Shown here one piece after another: positions 33,913 to 44,240 of a stretch of 64,000 nt of DNA. The number at the start of each line of letters is the position of its first letter. Position 1 is the stretch's first letter. The position numbers and the translations under genes were made by a program. This DNA is from an uncultured Actinomycetota bacterium (GTDB lineage: Bacteria > Actinomycetota > Actinomycetes > JAHEKZ01). The notes beneath the pieces were generated by a model. The model was given only the letters and a program-made list of their open reading frames with translations, was not told where the DNA came from and did no database searches. The stretch spans positions 256,001 through 320,000 of the forward strand of contig CAVURN010000005.1 of NCBI GenBank assembly GCA_963743915.1. Reading direction: 5' to 3'.

Positions 33913-35079
33913 TCAGGGGCTGAAGACCACGAGCGAGGCCGAGAAGCCGTGCAGGTGGTTGCGCCCGGCGACCGGACCGATCTCGCCCGCGGCGAAGTAG
34001 CCGGCCACCTCGGCGCCGCCCAGCCCGTCCCGGACGGCGAGGGCGTCGTGGTCGCTGGTCCTGAAGAAGTCCTCGCCGCGTCCGTTGCAGGAGAAGAGCA
34101 GGGCCCCGGCCGCTCGCCCGGTGGGGGTCGTTGACCCCCACTTCCCGAGCGCTCGACGCAGATCCGCGCTGGCCGCCGCCGGGTCGCGCAGCTGGAAGCT
34201 CACCGTCTGCCCCACCTCGACGTCGTCGGCGACGACGAGCGCCCCGCGGTCGACGTCGACCCGGACCAGGTTGCGGATGAGGAAGTCGCCCTGCTGGTGC
34301 TCGTCGGCGTACTCGTCCCGCGCCAGCCCGATCTGCAGCCCGCTGCCCGCGGCGGCCTGGTCCTCCGGCGGCAGGCTGCGCAGCAGGTCCTCCAGGCGCT
34401 GCAACGCGGGACGTCCGGCCAGCTCGAGCACGACGTTGCCCTCGCACCGCGTCACGGTCATCGGGTTGCCCACCGGTCGGCACCCCTGGCTGACGACGGC
34501 GTCGATGCTCGCAGTACCGCCGAGCACCAGGCCGACGGCTCCGCGGTCGACCACCCGGTCGTCGATCAGCAGGCGGGTCGAGCCCGACCCCTGACCGCCG
34601 ACCGCGAGCCCACCAGCGACGGGCAGACCGGACAGCGTGAGCGTCGACTCCTCGACGAATCCCTCGACGGGGAAGGAGTACGCATCGGCCAGGAGGACTG
34701 CCACCTGGTCGTCGGCGTGCACCTCAGGCATGCCCACCACCGCGATCGACTCCGGTGTCGGGATCACTTCGAGGTGGAACGACCGCACCGTGATGCCGGG
34801 GCCGGACGCGACGAACACGCTGACCGCCGAGACGTCCTCGATACCGTGCCCTCCGCCGATGACGCCGTGCGAGGACGAGCAGCCGATGCTGTGCGGTGCA
34901 CCGAGCGTGCGGGACGCCGCAGAGAGGGCGGACTCGACATCGTCGGGACTGGCGGCGCGCACGAAGACGCAGGCGAACACCGGCGCTCCGTCGAGCTCTG
35001 CCATCGCGCGGGACGCCGCGATGATGGCCGTGCGTGTCAGGTTGAAGCCCACGGCGACCCCTGACCCGCAGCTGATCAC
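33913..35079 (-). CDS. FIST signal-transduction domain protein
   Basis: IGCS..GVIG, GGLA, VSQGCRPVG, LFSCNGRG, GYFAAGEIGP, HLHGFS; AAGGAG RBS before GTG 35079. Confidence 0.92.
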   Translation of the reverse strand: MISCGSGVAVGFNLTRTAIIAASRAMAELDGAPVFACVFVRAASPDDVESALSAASRTLGAPHSIGCSSSHGVIGGGHGIEDVSAVSVFVASGPGITVRSFHLEVIPTPESIAVVGMPEVHADDQVAVLLADAYSFPVEGFVEESTLTLSGLPVAGGLAVGGQGSGSTRLLIDDRVVDRGAVGLVLGGTASIDAVVSQGCRPVGNPMTVTRCEGNVVLELAGRPALQRLEDLLRSLPPEDQAAAGSGLQIGLARDEYADEHQQGDFLIRNLVRVDVDRGALVVADDVEVGQTVSFQLRDPAAASADLRRALGKWGSTTPTGRAAGALLFSCNGRGEDFFRTSDHDALAVRDGLGGAEVAGYFAAGEIGPVAGRNHLHGFSASLVVFSP

Positions 35080-35193
35080 GCCGGCTCCTTCGCCGCATCG
35101 GATGCACCTGTCCCCATCGTGGCCGACCGACACCCGCCCCGCACCACCCCGTGCCCTCTCGCCACCCGTCCGGCCCATGGTTGGATCGTGCGC

Positions 35194-36426
35194 GTGAGTC
35201 TCGTCGCACGCCCCTGGGAGTGGGTCGCCTCCACCTTTCGGGGCATGCCGCGAGAGGTCGCCGTGCTCACTGCCGTGGCCTTCGCCGTCGCTGTCGGGTT
35301 CGGCATCGTCTTCCCGGTCATCCCGTTGTTCGCCAAGGACTTCGGCGTCTCGGCATTCGCCGCCAGCGCGGTCATCTCGATCTTCGCGCTCACCCGGTTC
35401 GTGTCCTCGCCGCCCGCCGGCTGGTTGGTGGACCGCGTCGGTGAGCGGGTGATCCTGGGGATCGGGATCTTCATCGTCGGCATCTCCAGCGCCCTCGCCG
35501 GCCTGGCGCAGGAGTACTGGCAGCTGCTCGTGCTTCGCGGCGCCGGAGGCATCGGCTCGGCGATGTTCACCGTGTCGGCGTACGCGTTGCTGCTGCGGGT
35601 GGTGCTGCCCGACCAGCGTGGACGCGCGGCACTCGCCTTTCAGGGCGGATTCCTCATCGGCGGCGTGACCGGACCGCTCTTCGGCGCCCCCCTGGTGGCC
35701 ATCTCCATCAGGCTGCCGTTCTTCGTGTATGCCGCGACTCTGCTGATTGCCGGCTCCATCGGACTGGTGTACCTCGCGCAGAGCAAGCTTCAGGAGCGCG
35801 AGAAGCAGGTCGGAACCGACATCGCACCCACACCGCTGTCAGCTGCTCTCCGGCAGCGCGCCTACTGGGCGGCGATCACCAACAACCTGGCCACCGGCTG
35901 GTCGCTGTTCGGGATCCGTGGATCGGTGCTCCCACTGTTCGTGACCGAGGCGATGCTGCTGTCGGAGTCGTGGGTCGGGATCGGCATCTTCATCTCGGCA
36001 GTCGCGCAGGGACTGTTGCTCATCCCGGCCGGACGCGCGTCCGACATGCGGGGACGGCGTCCGTCCATGATCCTCGGCTCGCTGCTCGTCGCCGTCGCAT
36101 TCCTCCTGCTCGCCGCCTCGACGAGCATCTGGCCGTATGTCGCCGCCATGGCCCTGTTCGGCTTCGGTTCAGCGCTCATCGGCACCAGCAGCAACGCTGC
36201 CGTCGGAGACGTGGTGCACGGACGCGGCGGCACGGCGATCGCGGTCTACCAGATGGCGTCAGACCTCGGCGCCTTTGCCGGGCCCCTCATCGCCGGCGCG
36301 CTCGTGGACGCCTTCTCGTTCTCGTGGGCCTTCGCAGCCACCGCGGCGATCTGCCTGATGGGGACGGCGACCGCGCTGGCGATGCCGGAGACCCTGAGGC
36401 GGAGCCCCCAGGCAGAACCAGCCTAG
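35194..36426 (+). CDS. MFS transporter
   Basis: Motif A GWLVDRVGER and GRASDMRGRR; about 12 TM. Confidence 0.92.
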   Translation: MSLVARPWEWVASTFRGMPREVAVLTAVAFAVAVGFGIVFPVIPLFAKDFGVSAFAASAVISIFALTRFVSSPPAGWLVDRVGERVILGIGIFIVGISSALAGLAQEYWQLLVLRGAGGIGSAMFTVSAYALLLRVVLPDQRGRAALAFQGGFLIGGVTGPLFGAPLVAISIRLPFFVYAATLLIAGSIGLVYLAQSKLQEREKQVGTDIAPTPLSAALRQRAYWAAITNNLATGWSLFGIRGSVLPLFVTEAMLLSESWVGIGIFISAVAQGLLLIPAGRASDMRGRRPSMILGSLLVAVAFLLLAASTSIWPYVAAMALFGFGSALIGTSSNAAVGDVVHGRGGTAIAVYQMASDLGAFAGPLIAGALVDAFSFSWAFAATAAICLMGTATALAMPETLRRSPQAEPA

Positions 36427-37790
36427 GAGGGTCCCCGAAGAGGAGCGCCGGCCAGCGAGCCGTGCAGAAGCCGCACCGCGACGTCCGGGTGCGATCGCCC
36501 GATCAGTCCTGCCGCAGCCAGCACGTAACGCGAGTCGACGAGCGCCCTGACCCGCTCGGGGGTGCGCCACCCCCCGGCGGGGTCGGCGACCGCCTGCTCG
36601 ACGATGGCCCGCGCCTCCGCCGCTGGGCTGTGCCGCAGGACACCCCCCGAGCCGACCACGAGCGTCACGCGGCTGAGGTCCTTGCCCGGATAGCGCACGG
36701 ACCCCGCCGTGTGCGGCCTGGCGTGACGCCGGAGCGCCACGGTCGCGGCGAGCTGCGCGAGCCGCCGGTCGATCCCGCGCTCGGACGGGGTGTCAGGGAG
36801 ATAGCCGGGATCCTCATGCCGCCGCGCGGCCGCGGTCTCCAGCAGCTCTCCCTCCGCGAGCAGATGCTCGGAGCCAGCAGCCTCGACGATGCCGGGGGCG
36901 TTCCACCGCACTCCGAGATCGCCCTCGACGGTGCGACTGCGCCACAGGGTCGCCACCGCCTCGCGCTCAGCGGGGTCGTCGTCGGGCTCGGGCGACGTCA
37001 CGGAGTAGACGTCCGTCGTGGCACCACCCACGTCCACCACCACGACGTCACCGACACCGGGGAACTCGTCGGTGCCATCGGCGAGCAGCTCGACCCCGGA
37101 GAGCACCGCGTCAGGTGTGGCCGCCTGCACCCATGTGCCGAGGTCGACCCGGTCGGACAGGTGCTTGCCTCCGATCACGTGACTGATGAACACCTCGCGG
37201 ATCGCCTCGCGCGCTGAACGCGGATCGAGCTCACCGATCTTCGGGAGCACGTTGTCCGCCGCGGTGACCGGTACGGAGTGCCGACGCAGGACGCGCACCA
37301 CCGCGTCGCGTGCTGCGACGTTTCCGGCCAGCACGACGGGCACACCCACGTCGGCCCGGGCGATCACTCGGGCGTTGTGCCGCAGCACGTCGGCATTGCC
37401 ACCGTCGGTACCACCGACGAGCAGCAGCACGTCAGGTGCGGAGGCCCGCAGCTCGCCGATCTCGGCGTCACCGAGCTCGCCGGAGGCGACGTGGCAGACC
37501 CTGCCACCGGCGGACAGCCCGACGCGGTAGCCCGCCTCCGCGGTGATTGCCCGTTCGTAGCCGACCACGGCGATCCGCAGACCACCGCCGGCCGAGCTGC
37601 AGGCGAGCACCTCGTCCTGATCGCCGATCACGATCCCGGCGTCGGCCACCGCGGCGTCCATGCCGTCCATGACGTCGGTCTCGATGGTGGTGCGCGACGA
37701 GCCAGTCGCGACCAGACGGCCCTCGGCGTCCACCGCGACCAGCTTGGTGAAGGTGGAACCGAAATCGACGCAGACGAACCGCGAGGGCAC
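36423..37790 (-). CDS. glmL: Glutamate mutase L (GlmL/MutL-type ASKHA reactivase)
   Basis: VDFGSTFTK, CSSAGGGL, VGGTDGGN, DVGGATTDVYS, RTVEGDLG, GSGGV. Confidence 0.88.
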   Translation of the reverse strand: MPSRFVCVDFGSTFTKLVAVDAEGRLVATGSSRTTIETDVMDGMDAAVADAGIVIGDQDEVLACSSAGGGLRIAVVGYERAITAEAGYRVGLSAGGRVCHVASGELGDAEIGELRASAPDVLLLVGGTDGGNADVLRHNARVIARADVGVPVVLAGNVAARDAVVRVLRRHSVPVTAADNVLPKIGELDPRSAREAIREVFISHVIGGKHLSDRVDLGTWVQAATPDAVLSGVELLADGTDEFPGVGDVVVVDVGGATTDVYSVTSPEPDDDPAEREAVATLWRSRTVEGDLGVRWNAPGIVEAAGSEHLLAEGELLETAAARRHEDPGYLPDTPSERGIDRRLAQLAATVALRRHARPHTAGSVRYPGKDLSRVTLVVGSGGVLRHSPAAEARAIVEQAVADPAGGWRTPERVRALVDSRYVLAAAGLIGRSHPDVAVRLLHGSLAGAPLRGPS

Positions 37791-37797
37791 CGCCGGC

Positions 37798-38934
37798 TCA
37801 GCCGAGAGCTTTGGTGAGGTCGGCGACCAGGTCGTCGACGTGCTCGAGTCCGACGCTCAGCCTGATGAGGTCGCCGGGGACCTCGAGCGGGCTGCCCGCC
37901 ACGGACGCGTGCGTCATCCGTCCGGGGTGCTCGATCAGCGACTCCACGCCGCCGAGCGACTCGGCGAGGGTGAACACCTCGGTGCGGTTGACCAGGTCGA
38001 CCGCTGCCTGCTCGCCACCTTCGACCTGGAACGAGACCATGCCGCCGAAGCCCCGCATCTGGCGCGCCGCGACGTCGTGGCCCGGATGGTCGGCAAGTCC
38101 GGGGTAGAAGACCCGCGTCACCTTGGGGTGCCGCGTCAGCATGTCGACCACAGCCGCAGCGTTCTCGCCGTGTCGGTCCATGCGCACGGCCAAGGTCTTG
38201 ATGCCCCGCAGCACGAGCCAGCTGTCGAAAGGACCGGAGACCGCCCCCATCGCGTTCTGGTGGTACGCCAGCCGCTCAGCGATGTCGTCCGAGCCTGCGA
38301 TGAGCGCCCCGCCCACGACATCGGAGTGACCACCCAGGTACTTGGTCGTCGAGTGCACCACGATGTCTGCCCCGAGCGCGAGCGGCTGCTGCAGGTAGGG
38401 CGACGCGAACGTGTTGTCCACGACGAGCCTGGCCCCCGCACCGTGTGCGACGTCGGCGAGGGCCGCGACGTCCGCGATGGACAGGAGCGGATTCGTAGGC
38501 GTCTCGACCCAGAGCATCGTGGTGGTGGGACGGAGGGCCGCCCGCACCGCGTCGACGTCGGAGAGCGCCACAGGCGTGTACTCGACCCCCCAGCGGGTCA
38601 GGACCTGCGAGAAGAGTCGGAACGTGCCGCCGTACGCGTCGTCCGGGATGACCACGTGGTCACCCGGCGCGCAGAGGGCGCGCAGGGTGGTGTCCTCCGC
38701 GGCCAGTCCCGACGCGAAGGCCAGCCCCCGCACGCCACCCTCGAGCGCCGCGAGGCACTCCTCGAGCGCGGTGCGGGTGGGGTTGGCCGAGCGGCTGTAC
38801 TCGTAACCGCCCCGCAGCCCGCCGACGCCGTCCTGCTTGAAGGTGGACACCTGGTGGATCGGGGGGACGACAGCGCCCGTCTGGGGGTCTGGTTCCTGCC
38901 CGGCGTGGAGCGCGAGAGTCTCGAAGTGGGTCAC
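37798..38934 (-). CDS. metB: Cystathionine gamma-synthase/lyase
   Basis: YSRSANPTR, ETPTNP, DNTF, HSTTKYLGGHSD, LAESLGGVESL. Confidence 0.95.
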   Translation of the reverse strand: MTHFETLALHAGQEPDPQTGAVVPPIHQVSTFKQDGVGGLRGGYEYSRSANPTRTALEECLAALEGGVRGLAFASGLAAEDTTLRALCAPGDHVVIPDDAYGGTFRLFSQVLTRWGVEYTPVALSDVDAVRAALRPTTTMLWVETPTNPLLSIADVAALADVAHGAGARLVVDNTFASPYLQQPLALGADIVVHSTTKYLGGHSDVVGGALIAGSDDIAERLAYHQNAMGAVSGPFDSWLVLRGIKTLAVRMDRHGENAAAVVDMLTRHPKVTRVFYPGLADHPGHDVAARQMRGFGGMVSFQVEGGEQAAVDLVNRTEVFTLAESLGGVESLIEHPGRMTHASVAGSPLEVPGDLIRLSVGLEHVDDLVADLTKALG

Positions 38935-38957
38935 AGTCCGACCCTAGCCGCCGCGCC

Positions 38958-41222
38958 TCAGACGGTCAGGCCCTCGTCTGCCGCCTCGCCGGTACCGGTC
39001 TGGTCGATCTGGTCGTCCTCGGAGGGCTGCTCGCCGATCACGTCGTCGCTTGCCGGTAGGACGTCGGTCGGTTCCGTCTCGATCCCGTGGTGCAGCTCCT
39101 CGAGGTCGTCGGCTTCGTCGAGGTCGGGCCAGACCACCTCGGCCTCGCCGTCCTCCGAGCCTTCCATCGAAACGTCCCGGTCATCGACGTCGCTGTCCTC
39201 CACGCGGAAGGTGGAGATCGAGTCCTGCATCGCCGCCGCCAGCGTCGCGATCTGCGCAGAAGCCGCAGCCGTCTGCTTCGACCCAGCGGCATACTGGCGG
39301 GAGACTTCGGAGACCTGGGTCATCGCGACGACGACCTGGTCCGACGCCGACCGCTGCTGCTGAGTCGCGATGGAGATCTCCTCCGCCGCCCCCGTCGCCT
39401 CATCGACCATCGCCGCGATCCGATCCAACGCCACCACCGCACCAGCCGCCTTACCCGCCCCCCGCTCAGCCGCCTTCGCCCCCTGCTCCGACGCCACCAC
39501 CGTCGACCGGGTGTGCGCCTGAATCTCGGTCACGATCCCCTGAATCTGACTGGTCGACTCCTGCGCCCGCTCCGCCAGCTTGCGCACCTCCGCCGCCACC
39601 ACCGCAAACCCCCGACCATGCTCCCCCGCCCGAGCCGCCTCGATCGCCGCATTCAACGCCAACAAGTTCGTCTGCTCACTGAGCTCATCGATCAACACCA
39701 AGATCCGCCCCACCTCACCGATCTTGTCCCCCAACCCCGCCGACGACGCACTCACCTGATCCACCACCGACCGCAACGACTCCATCGCCTCCACCGACTC
39801 CGCCACCGCAGCCCGACCCTCATCGGTCAACACCAACGTCTCCGACGCCACCCGCGCCACCGAACCCGCCGTCTCCGCGATCTGCGCCGCCGTCGCCGCC
39901 AACTCCTCGATCGTCGCCGTCGTCTGGGCCACGACCGCCGACTGCTCCGTCGCCGAACCCGCCTGCTCCTGGGCGGTCGCCCGCATCTGACCTGCGGCCT
40001 GCGCGAGCTGGACGCCGTGGCCTTGGGCCTGCGAGACCAGCAGGCGCAGTCGATGCAGCGTGCTCTCGAACGAGTGGGCGAGAGCGGTCAGCTGCTCGTC
40101 GTCGAAGTCGACGGGAAGGCTGACGGCCAGGTTGCCATTGGCCGCCTGGTCCAACGCCGACGAGAGGTCACCGATTCGGGCGTTCAGCCGGTCCCGCTCG
40201 GTTTCCGCCGCCCTGCGCAGCGCCTTGTTGCGTCGCGACAGCCGGAGGTAAGACCAGACCGCGTAGACCAGCAACGGGAGGGCGAGCGCGAAGAGCGCGA
40301 TGACCAGGGGTGACACTGCGGCCGCAAGCCCGGTCACGACCGCGTCGTCCGAGGCAGTGATGAACCAGTCGTTCCTGTTCACGATCTGGAGAGTCTCGGA
40401 CGGGGACAGGCGGGTGTAGGCAACACGCTGGTCGCCGATCGTCGTCAGCCCTGCATTCCCGAACGAGCTCGTGGCCCCCACGAACGTGGTGTCATCGGTC
40501 TGGCCGAAGGTCTTCTCGTCGACCTGAGACATGCGGCTGTCGATGGCAGTCATGCCGGTGCGCGCGCCGATGGCCCGCATGACAGCGTCGCCCTCGCGCT
40601 CGAGCACCTGGGCGCGCAACGCCTCCAGCCGCAGCTCGAAGTAGAGAACCCCGCGCTTCTCCCCACCCACGACGACCGAGGTGCCGTTGGCGATGACCCA
40701 CTCGTTGGTCTCCTCGGAGAAGTACGGCGTCGTCTGGAAGATCCAGCCCGCAGGCAGCGACGTCACGTCACCGAAGAAGGTCAGGCTCTGGTCCGCACCG
40801 GACTCGAGGATGATCGGCGGTGAGGGAGAGCCGTTGACCACCTCGGCGATCTCCTGGCCGGTGACAGCATCGACGTAGCCGGAGCGCGCGACAGACCCGG
40901 GGAAGAGGGTCTGGATGTAGGTCAGCAGCTCGTCGATCTCCTGCCGGGTGGCACCGTCGTCGGCGACCTTCTGCTTGGTGCTCCCAGGCTCGCGGAAGAA
41001 GTCCGCAAGAACGGCGTTCTGCGCGGTGAGCAGGCCGATGGCGCCGGCCCGCTCGAACTCCTCGGTGAGCAGCACCTCGGTGTTGGCCGCCGCAGTCCGG
41101 AGCTCGGTGTTCTGGTCGCTGGCGGCGTCCCGGGCTGCCTGAGTCGCCTGCCAAGTCAGCCCCGCGGTGGACGAGAGCAGCACGAGGCCGAGCACCAGCG
41201 CGGGTCCGCGCATGCTCCGCAT
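38958..41222 (-). CDS. Methyl-accepting chemotaxis protein
   Basis: TM - extracellular (Cache-like) - TM - HAMP-like; [37 protein letters not shown]; acidic tail. Confidence 0.94.
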   Translation of the reverse strand: MRSMRGPALVLGLVLLSSTAGLTWQATQAARDAASDQNTELRTAAANTEVLLTEEFERAGAIGLLTAQNAVLADFFREPGSTKQKVADDGATRQEIDELLTYIQTLFPGSVARSGYVDAVTGQEIAEVVNGSPSPPIILESGADQSLTFFGDVTSLPAGWIFQTTPYFSEETNEWVIANGTSVVVGGEKRGVLYFELRLEALRAQVLEREGDAVMRAIGARTGMTAIDSRMSQVDEKTFGQTDDTTFVGATSSFGNAGLTTIGDQRVAYTRLSPSETLQIVNRNDWFITASDDAVVTGLAAAVSPLVIALFALALPLLVYAVWSYLRLSRRNKALRRAAETERDRLNARIGDLSSALDQAANGNLAVSLPVDFDDEQLTALAHSFESTLHRLRLLVSQAQGHGVQLAQAAGQMRATAQEQAGSATEQSAVVAQTTATIEELAATAAQIAETAGSVARVASETLVLTDEGRAAVAESVEAMESLRSVVDQVSASSAGLGDKIGEVGRILVLIDELSEQTNLLALNAAIEAARAGEHGRGFAVVAAEVRKLAERAQESTSQIQGIVTEIQAHTRSTVVASEQGAKAAERGAGKAAGAVVALDRIAAMVDEATGAAEEISIATQQQRSASDQVVVAMTQVSEVSRQYAAGSKQTAAASAQIATLAAAMQDSISTFRVEDSDVDDRDVSMEGSEDGEAEVVWPDLDEADDLEELHHGIETEPTDVLPASDDVIGEQPSEDDQIDQTGTGEAADEGLTV

Positions 41223-41321
41223 CCCGTCACCCTCCGTAACCGTGGGGAGATCCTGGAAGGGGAATCGGCAGCCCCCCGACGATGGTTGAGCCAAACAGGT
41301 CACCCACCAGCAGGAGGATCC

Positions 41322-41960
41322 GTGCTCTTCGGCCGTACCACCACGCTTCCGACCCCCGCCCAGGCCCTCCCCGGTCGCCCCACCCCCGCCTTCGAGGTGC
41401 CCGAGCGGCACGCCGTTCTCGGCACCCCCTTGGCTGCCCCCGTCCCGGCAGGCATGGAGGAGCTCTTCGTCGGGATGGGCTGCTTCTGGGGCGCAGAACG
41501 CCGGTTCTGGCAGCTTGACGGCGTCTGGACCACCGCGGTCGGCTACCAGGGGGGCGTGACACCGAACCCCACCTATGAGGAGGCGTGCACCGGCCTCACC
41601 GGGCACACCGAGGCGGTGCGGGTCGTCTACGACCCCGCCGTGATCGCCTTCGACGACCTGCTCCGGGTCTTCTGGGAGACCCACGACCCCACGCAGGGCT
41701 TCCGCCAGGGCAACGACCTCGGCACGCAGTACCGGTCGACCCTGTACTGGACGACCGACGAGCAGCGGGTCGCCGCCGAAGCGTCACGGGACCGCTACCA
41801 GGCGGCCCTCACCGCCGCCGGGCTCGGCACGATCACCACCGAGATCGCCCCAGCCCCCACGTTCTACTACGCCGAGGACTACCACCAGCAGTACCTGGCG
41901 AAGGTGCCGAACGGCTACGACTGCCACGCCAACACCGGGATCGCGTACCCGTCCCAGTAA
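41322..41960 (+). CDS. msrA: Peptide-methionine (S)-S-oxide reductase
   Basis: [34 protein letters not shown]; AGGAGG RBS. Confidence 0.97.
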   Translation: MLFGRTTTLPTPAQALPGRPTPAFEVPERHAVLGTPLAAPVPAGMEELFVGMGCFWGAERRFWQLDGVWTTAVGYQGGVTPNPTYEEACTGLTGHTEAVRVVYDPAVIAFDDLLRVFWETHDPTQGFRQGNDLGTQYRSTLYWTTDEQRVAAEASRDRYQAALTAAGLGTITTEIAPAPTFYYAEDYHQQYLAKVPNGYDCHANTGIAYPSQ

Positions 41961-42016
41961 CCACTGGCCTCGCTGCCCTGGGCTCCTCGCCATCGCCACC
42001 CAGTACCGTCGTCGAG

Positions 42017-42670
42017 GTGGCGACGACTCCAACAACCGGGCCTGGCTGGTCCACGATCAGGACTACTGACGAGCTGAGGGTCTTGCTGGGTGAACCCAAT
42101 GCTCGTGCAAGACACAAGGTGCGCACCAGCCTGACGGAGGTGGATCGGCAATGGCTGGCAGCCACGCCCTTCTGTGTCCTGGCGACAGCATCCGCAACCG
42201 GGCAGTGCGACGCCTCACCGAAGGGTGATCCGGCTGGCCGGCTCGTCCACGTCATCGATGAGCGGACGATCGCGCTGGCCGAACGTCCAGGAAATCGTCG
42301 CACCGACGGGTATCGGAACATCCTCGAGAACCCACATGTCGGACTGAACTTCTTCATCCCCGGACGGGGCGACACGCTGCGCGTCAACGGGAGCGCCGCC
42401 ATCGTGCGAGATGCCCCGTTCTTCAGCGAGATGGTGGTGAAGGGTCACACGCCGATCCTGGCCACCGTTGTTGCGATCGACGAAGTCTTCTTCCACTGCG
42501 CCAAGGCCTTCATGCGCTCCGGGCTGTGGGATCCCGACACGTGGGATCCGTGGGGACATGTCCCACGCCGGGCTGTCGTAGCGCATCTGGTCGAGCCGAA
42601 CGACATGAGCGTCGAACAGCTCGACGAGTACTACCGTCCGGAGAACTACGCCAAGGGCCTGTACACCTGA
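42017..42670 (+). CDS. PNPOx-like FMN-binding protein (MSMEG_1061 family)
   Basis: CDASPKGD, ERPGNRR.D...NI..NPHVGL, LRVNG, FFHCAKAFMRSGLW. Confidence 0.88.
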   Translation: MATTPTTGPGWSTIRTTDELRVLLGEPNARARHKVRTSLTEVDRQWLAATPFCVLATASATGQCDASPKGDPAGRLVHVIDERTIALAERPGNRRTDGYRNILENPHVGLNFFIPGRGDTLRVNGSAAIVRDAPFFSEMVVKGHTPILATVVAIDEVFFHCAKAFMRSGLWDPDTWDPWGHVPRRAVVAHLVEPNDMSVEQLDEYYRPENYAKGLYT

Positions 42671-42687
42671 GGAGTCCTCAGTGGGCC

Positions 42688-43128
42688 TCAGACGAGGCGC
42701 TCAGCGAGCGAAACGATGATCCCTTCCGGTCCCCGGACGTACGCCATTCGCCAGGCGCCCTCGTACTCGCCGATGCCACCGACCAGTCCGTACCCCTCAC
42801 TGGCCGCCCAGTCGACGGCGGCCTGCAAGTCGCCGACCTCGAAAGCAACGTTCCGCAACCCCAGCTCATTCGCCATGGCATCCGGTCGGCCCGGGACCGA
42901 TTCGGGTCGAACGAACCGTGCGAGCTCCAGGCGGGTGCCCTCGTGGGGCAGCGTCAGCATGACGATCTCGGTTCGGGAGTTGGGAATGCCGCAGACCGTG
43001 TCAAGAAACTCACCCTCGACGAACGTCCGGCCCTCGACCTCCAGACCCAGCGCCACGAAGAACGCCGTCACCCTGTCAAGGTCTGCAACCGTCAGGCCCA
43101 CATGGTCGAAGCGTCGCGCGTATGGCAT
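42688..43128 (-). CDS. VOC family protein
   Basis: FDHVGLTVADLD, LELARF, NVAFEV, YVRGPEGIIVSLAE. Confidence 0.9.
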   Translation of the reverse strand: MPYARRFDHVGLTVADLDRVTAFFVALGLEVEGRTFVEGEFLDTVCGIPNSRTEIVMLTLPHEGTRLELARFVRPESVPGRPDAMANELGLRNVAFEVGDLQAAVDWAASEGYGLVGGIGEYEGAWRMAYVRGPEGIIVSLAERLV

Positions 43129-43250
43129 CGGCTCACCTTCCACTGGCTGCGTCCACCCTGCCACTGCCCGGTCGCGTCTGCCCCCACCATGCCGTGGACT
43201 GGGTAGGTTGAAACGTGCACCCCGGCGCACGCCCGACACGAGGAGCCGAC

Positions 43251-43595
43251 ATGCCTCAGTACCTCATCTTCTTCAACCAGCAGTGGGTGGGCGACCACAC
43301 CGAGGAGTGGTTCCGCGAGCGCGGGCCGCTCGCGATGGCGGTCGTGGAGGAGATGAAGGCTGCCGGCGTGCACGTGTTCGCGGGCGGGCTGGAGGAGGAA
43401 CCCGAAAGGGCCTTCAGCGCGGATGCGACCAGCGGCACGCTGACGTTCAACGACGGGCCCTTCGTCGAGACACAGGAGTTCCTGGGGGGACTCACCGTGG
43501 TGGACGTGGCCGACGACGAGGCCGCCAAGCTGTGGGCCGGCAAGATTGCCGAAGCGTGCGGCTGGCCCCAGGAGGTTCGTCGCTTCAAACCGTGA
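43251..43595 (+). CDS. YciI family protein
   Basis: DGPFVETQEFLGG, QEVRRF; AGGAG RBS. Confidence 0.88.
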   Translation: MPQYLIFFNQQWVGDHTEEWFRERGPLAMAVVEEMKAAGVHVFAGGLEEEPERAFSADATSGTLTFNDGPFVETQEFLGGLTVVDVADDEAAKLWAGKIAEACGWPQEVRRFKP

Positions 43596-43633
43596 CTTGG
43601 CATCGAGTGATCCCCATCAGTTGGCGAGCTGTG

Positions 43634-43663
43634 TCAACCTCTGGGGGTGGTCCGGCGACTCTC
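43634..43663 (+). promoter_or_regulatory. Candidate ECF-sigma promoter (TCAACC-N16-CGACTC), leaderless
   Basis: AAC/CG-containing boxes directly before ATG 43668; resembles actinobacterial SigE-type promoters. Confidence 0.4.
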
Positions 43664-43667
43664 GGGC

Positions 43668-44240
43668 ATGACGAACTCAGCTGCGGAGGAGATTCTCTCC
43701 ACAGATGATCGGCGCGTCACCCGCGCCCAGCGGGCAACGGCGCCCGCTCGAGACGAGCTCGTCGACATGCTGTTCCGACAGCACTACACCGAGCTGCTCA
43801 GACTCGCCGTCGTCATGATCGGTGACCGCGAGGCCGCGGAGGATGCCGTCCAGGACGCCTTCGCGAGCCTCCACCGCAACTGGCGCGCGCTGCGCGAACC
43901 CGACGTGGCCGAGGCCTATCTGCGTTCCACCGTGCTCAACCGCTGTCGCTCGTGGGTACGGCGTCAGGTCACCCAGCGGGCCGCACGACCGCTGATGCTC
44001 ATCCGTCAGCACCAGCCAAGCGCGGAGGACACGATCGTGGACCGAGACGAGGTCGGGTCACTGGTGGCGGTCATGCGCACGCTGCCCCGACGTCAGCGTG
44101 AGGTGCTCGCCTGTCGGTTCGTCCTCGACCTCTCGGTGGAAGAAACAGCTCATCTGCTCTCGATCAGCGAGGGATCGGTCAAGACCCACAGCCATCGCGG
44201 CTTGAAGGCGCTCGAGAAGCGGATCGAGGTGACCCGATGA
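43668..44240 (+). CDS. SigE-family ECF sigma factor
   Basis: AAEDAVQDAF (region 2); LPRRQREVL..RF..DLSVEETA.LL.ISEGSVK (region 4). Confidence 0.93.
   Translation: MTNSAAEEILSTDDRRVTRAQRATAPARDELVDMLFRQHYTELLRLAVVMIGDREAAEDAVQDAFASLHRNWRALREPDVAEAYLRSTVLNRCRSWVRRQVTQRAARPLMLIRQHQPSAEDTIVDRDEVGSLVAVMRTLPRRQREVLACRFVLDLSVEETAHLLSISEGSVKTHSHRGLKALEKRIEVTR

Noticed and set aside
39050-39682. Pro-rich + strand ORF
   Set aside because: By-product of the G/T-skewed MCP codons on the opposite strand
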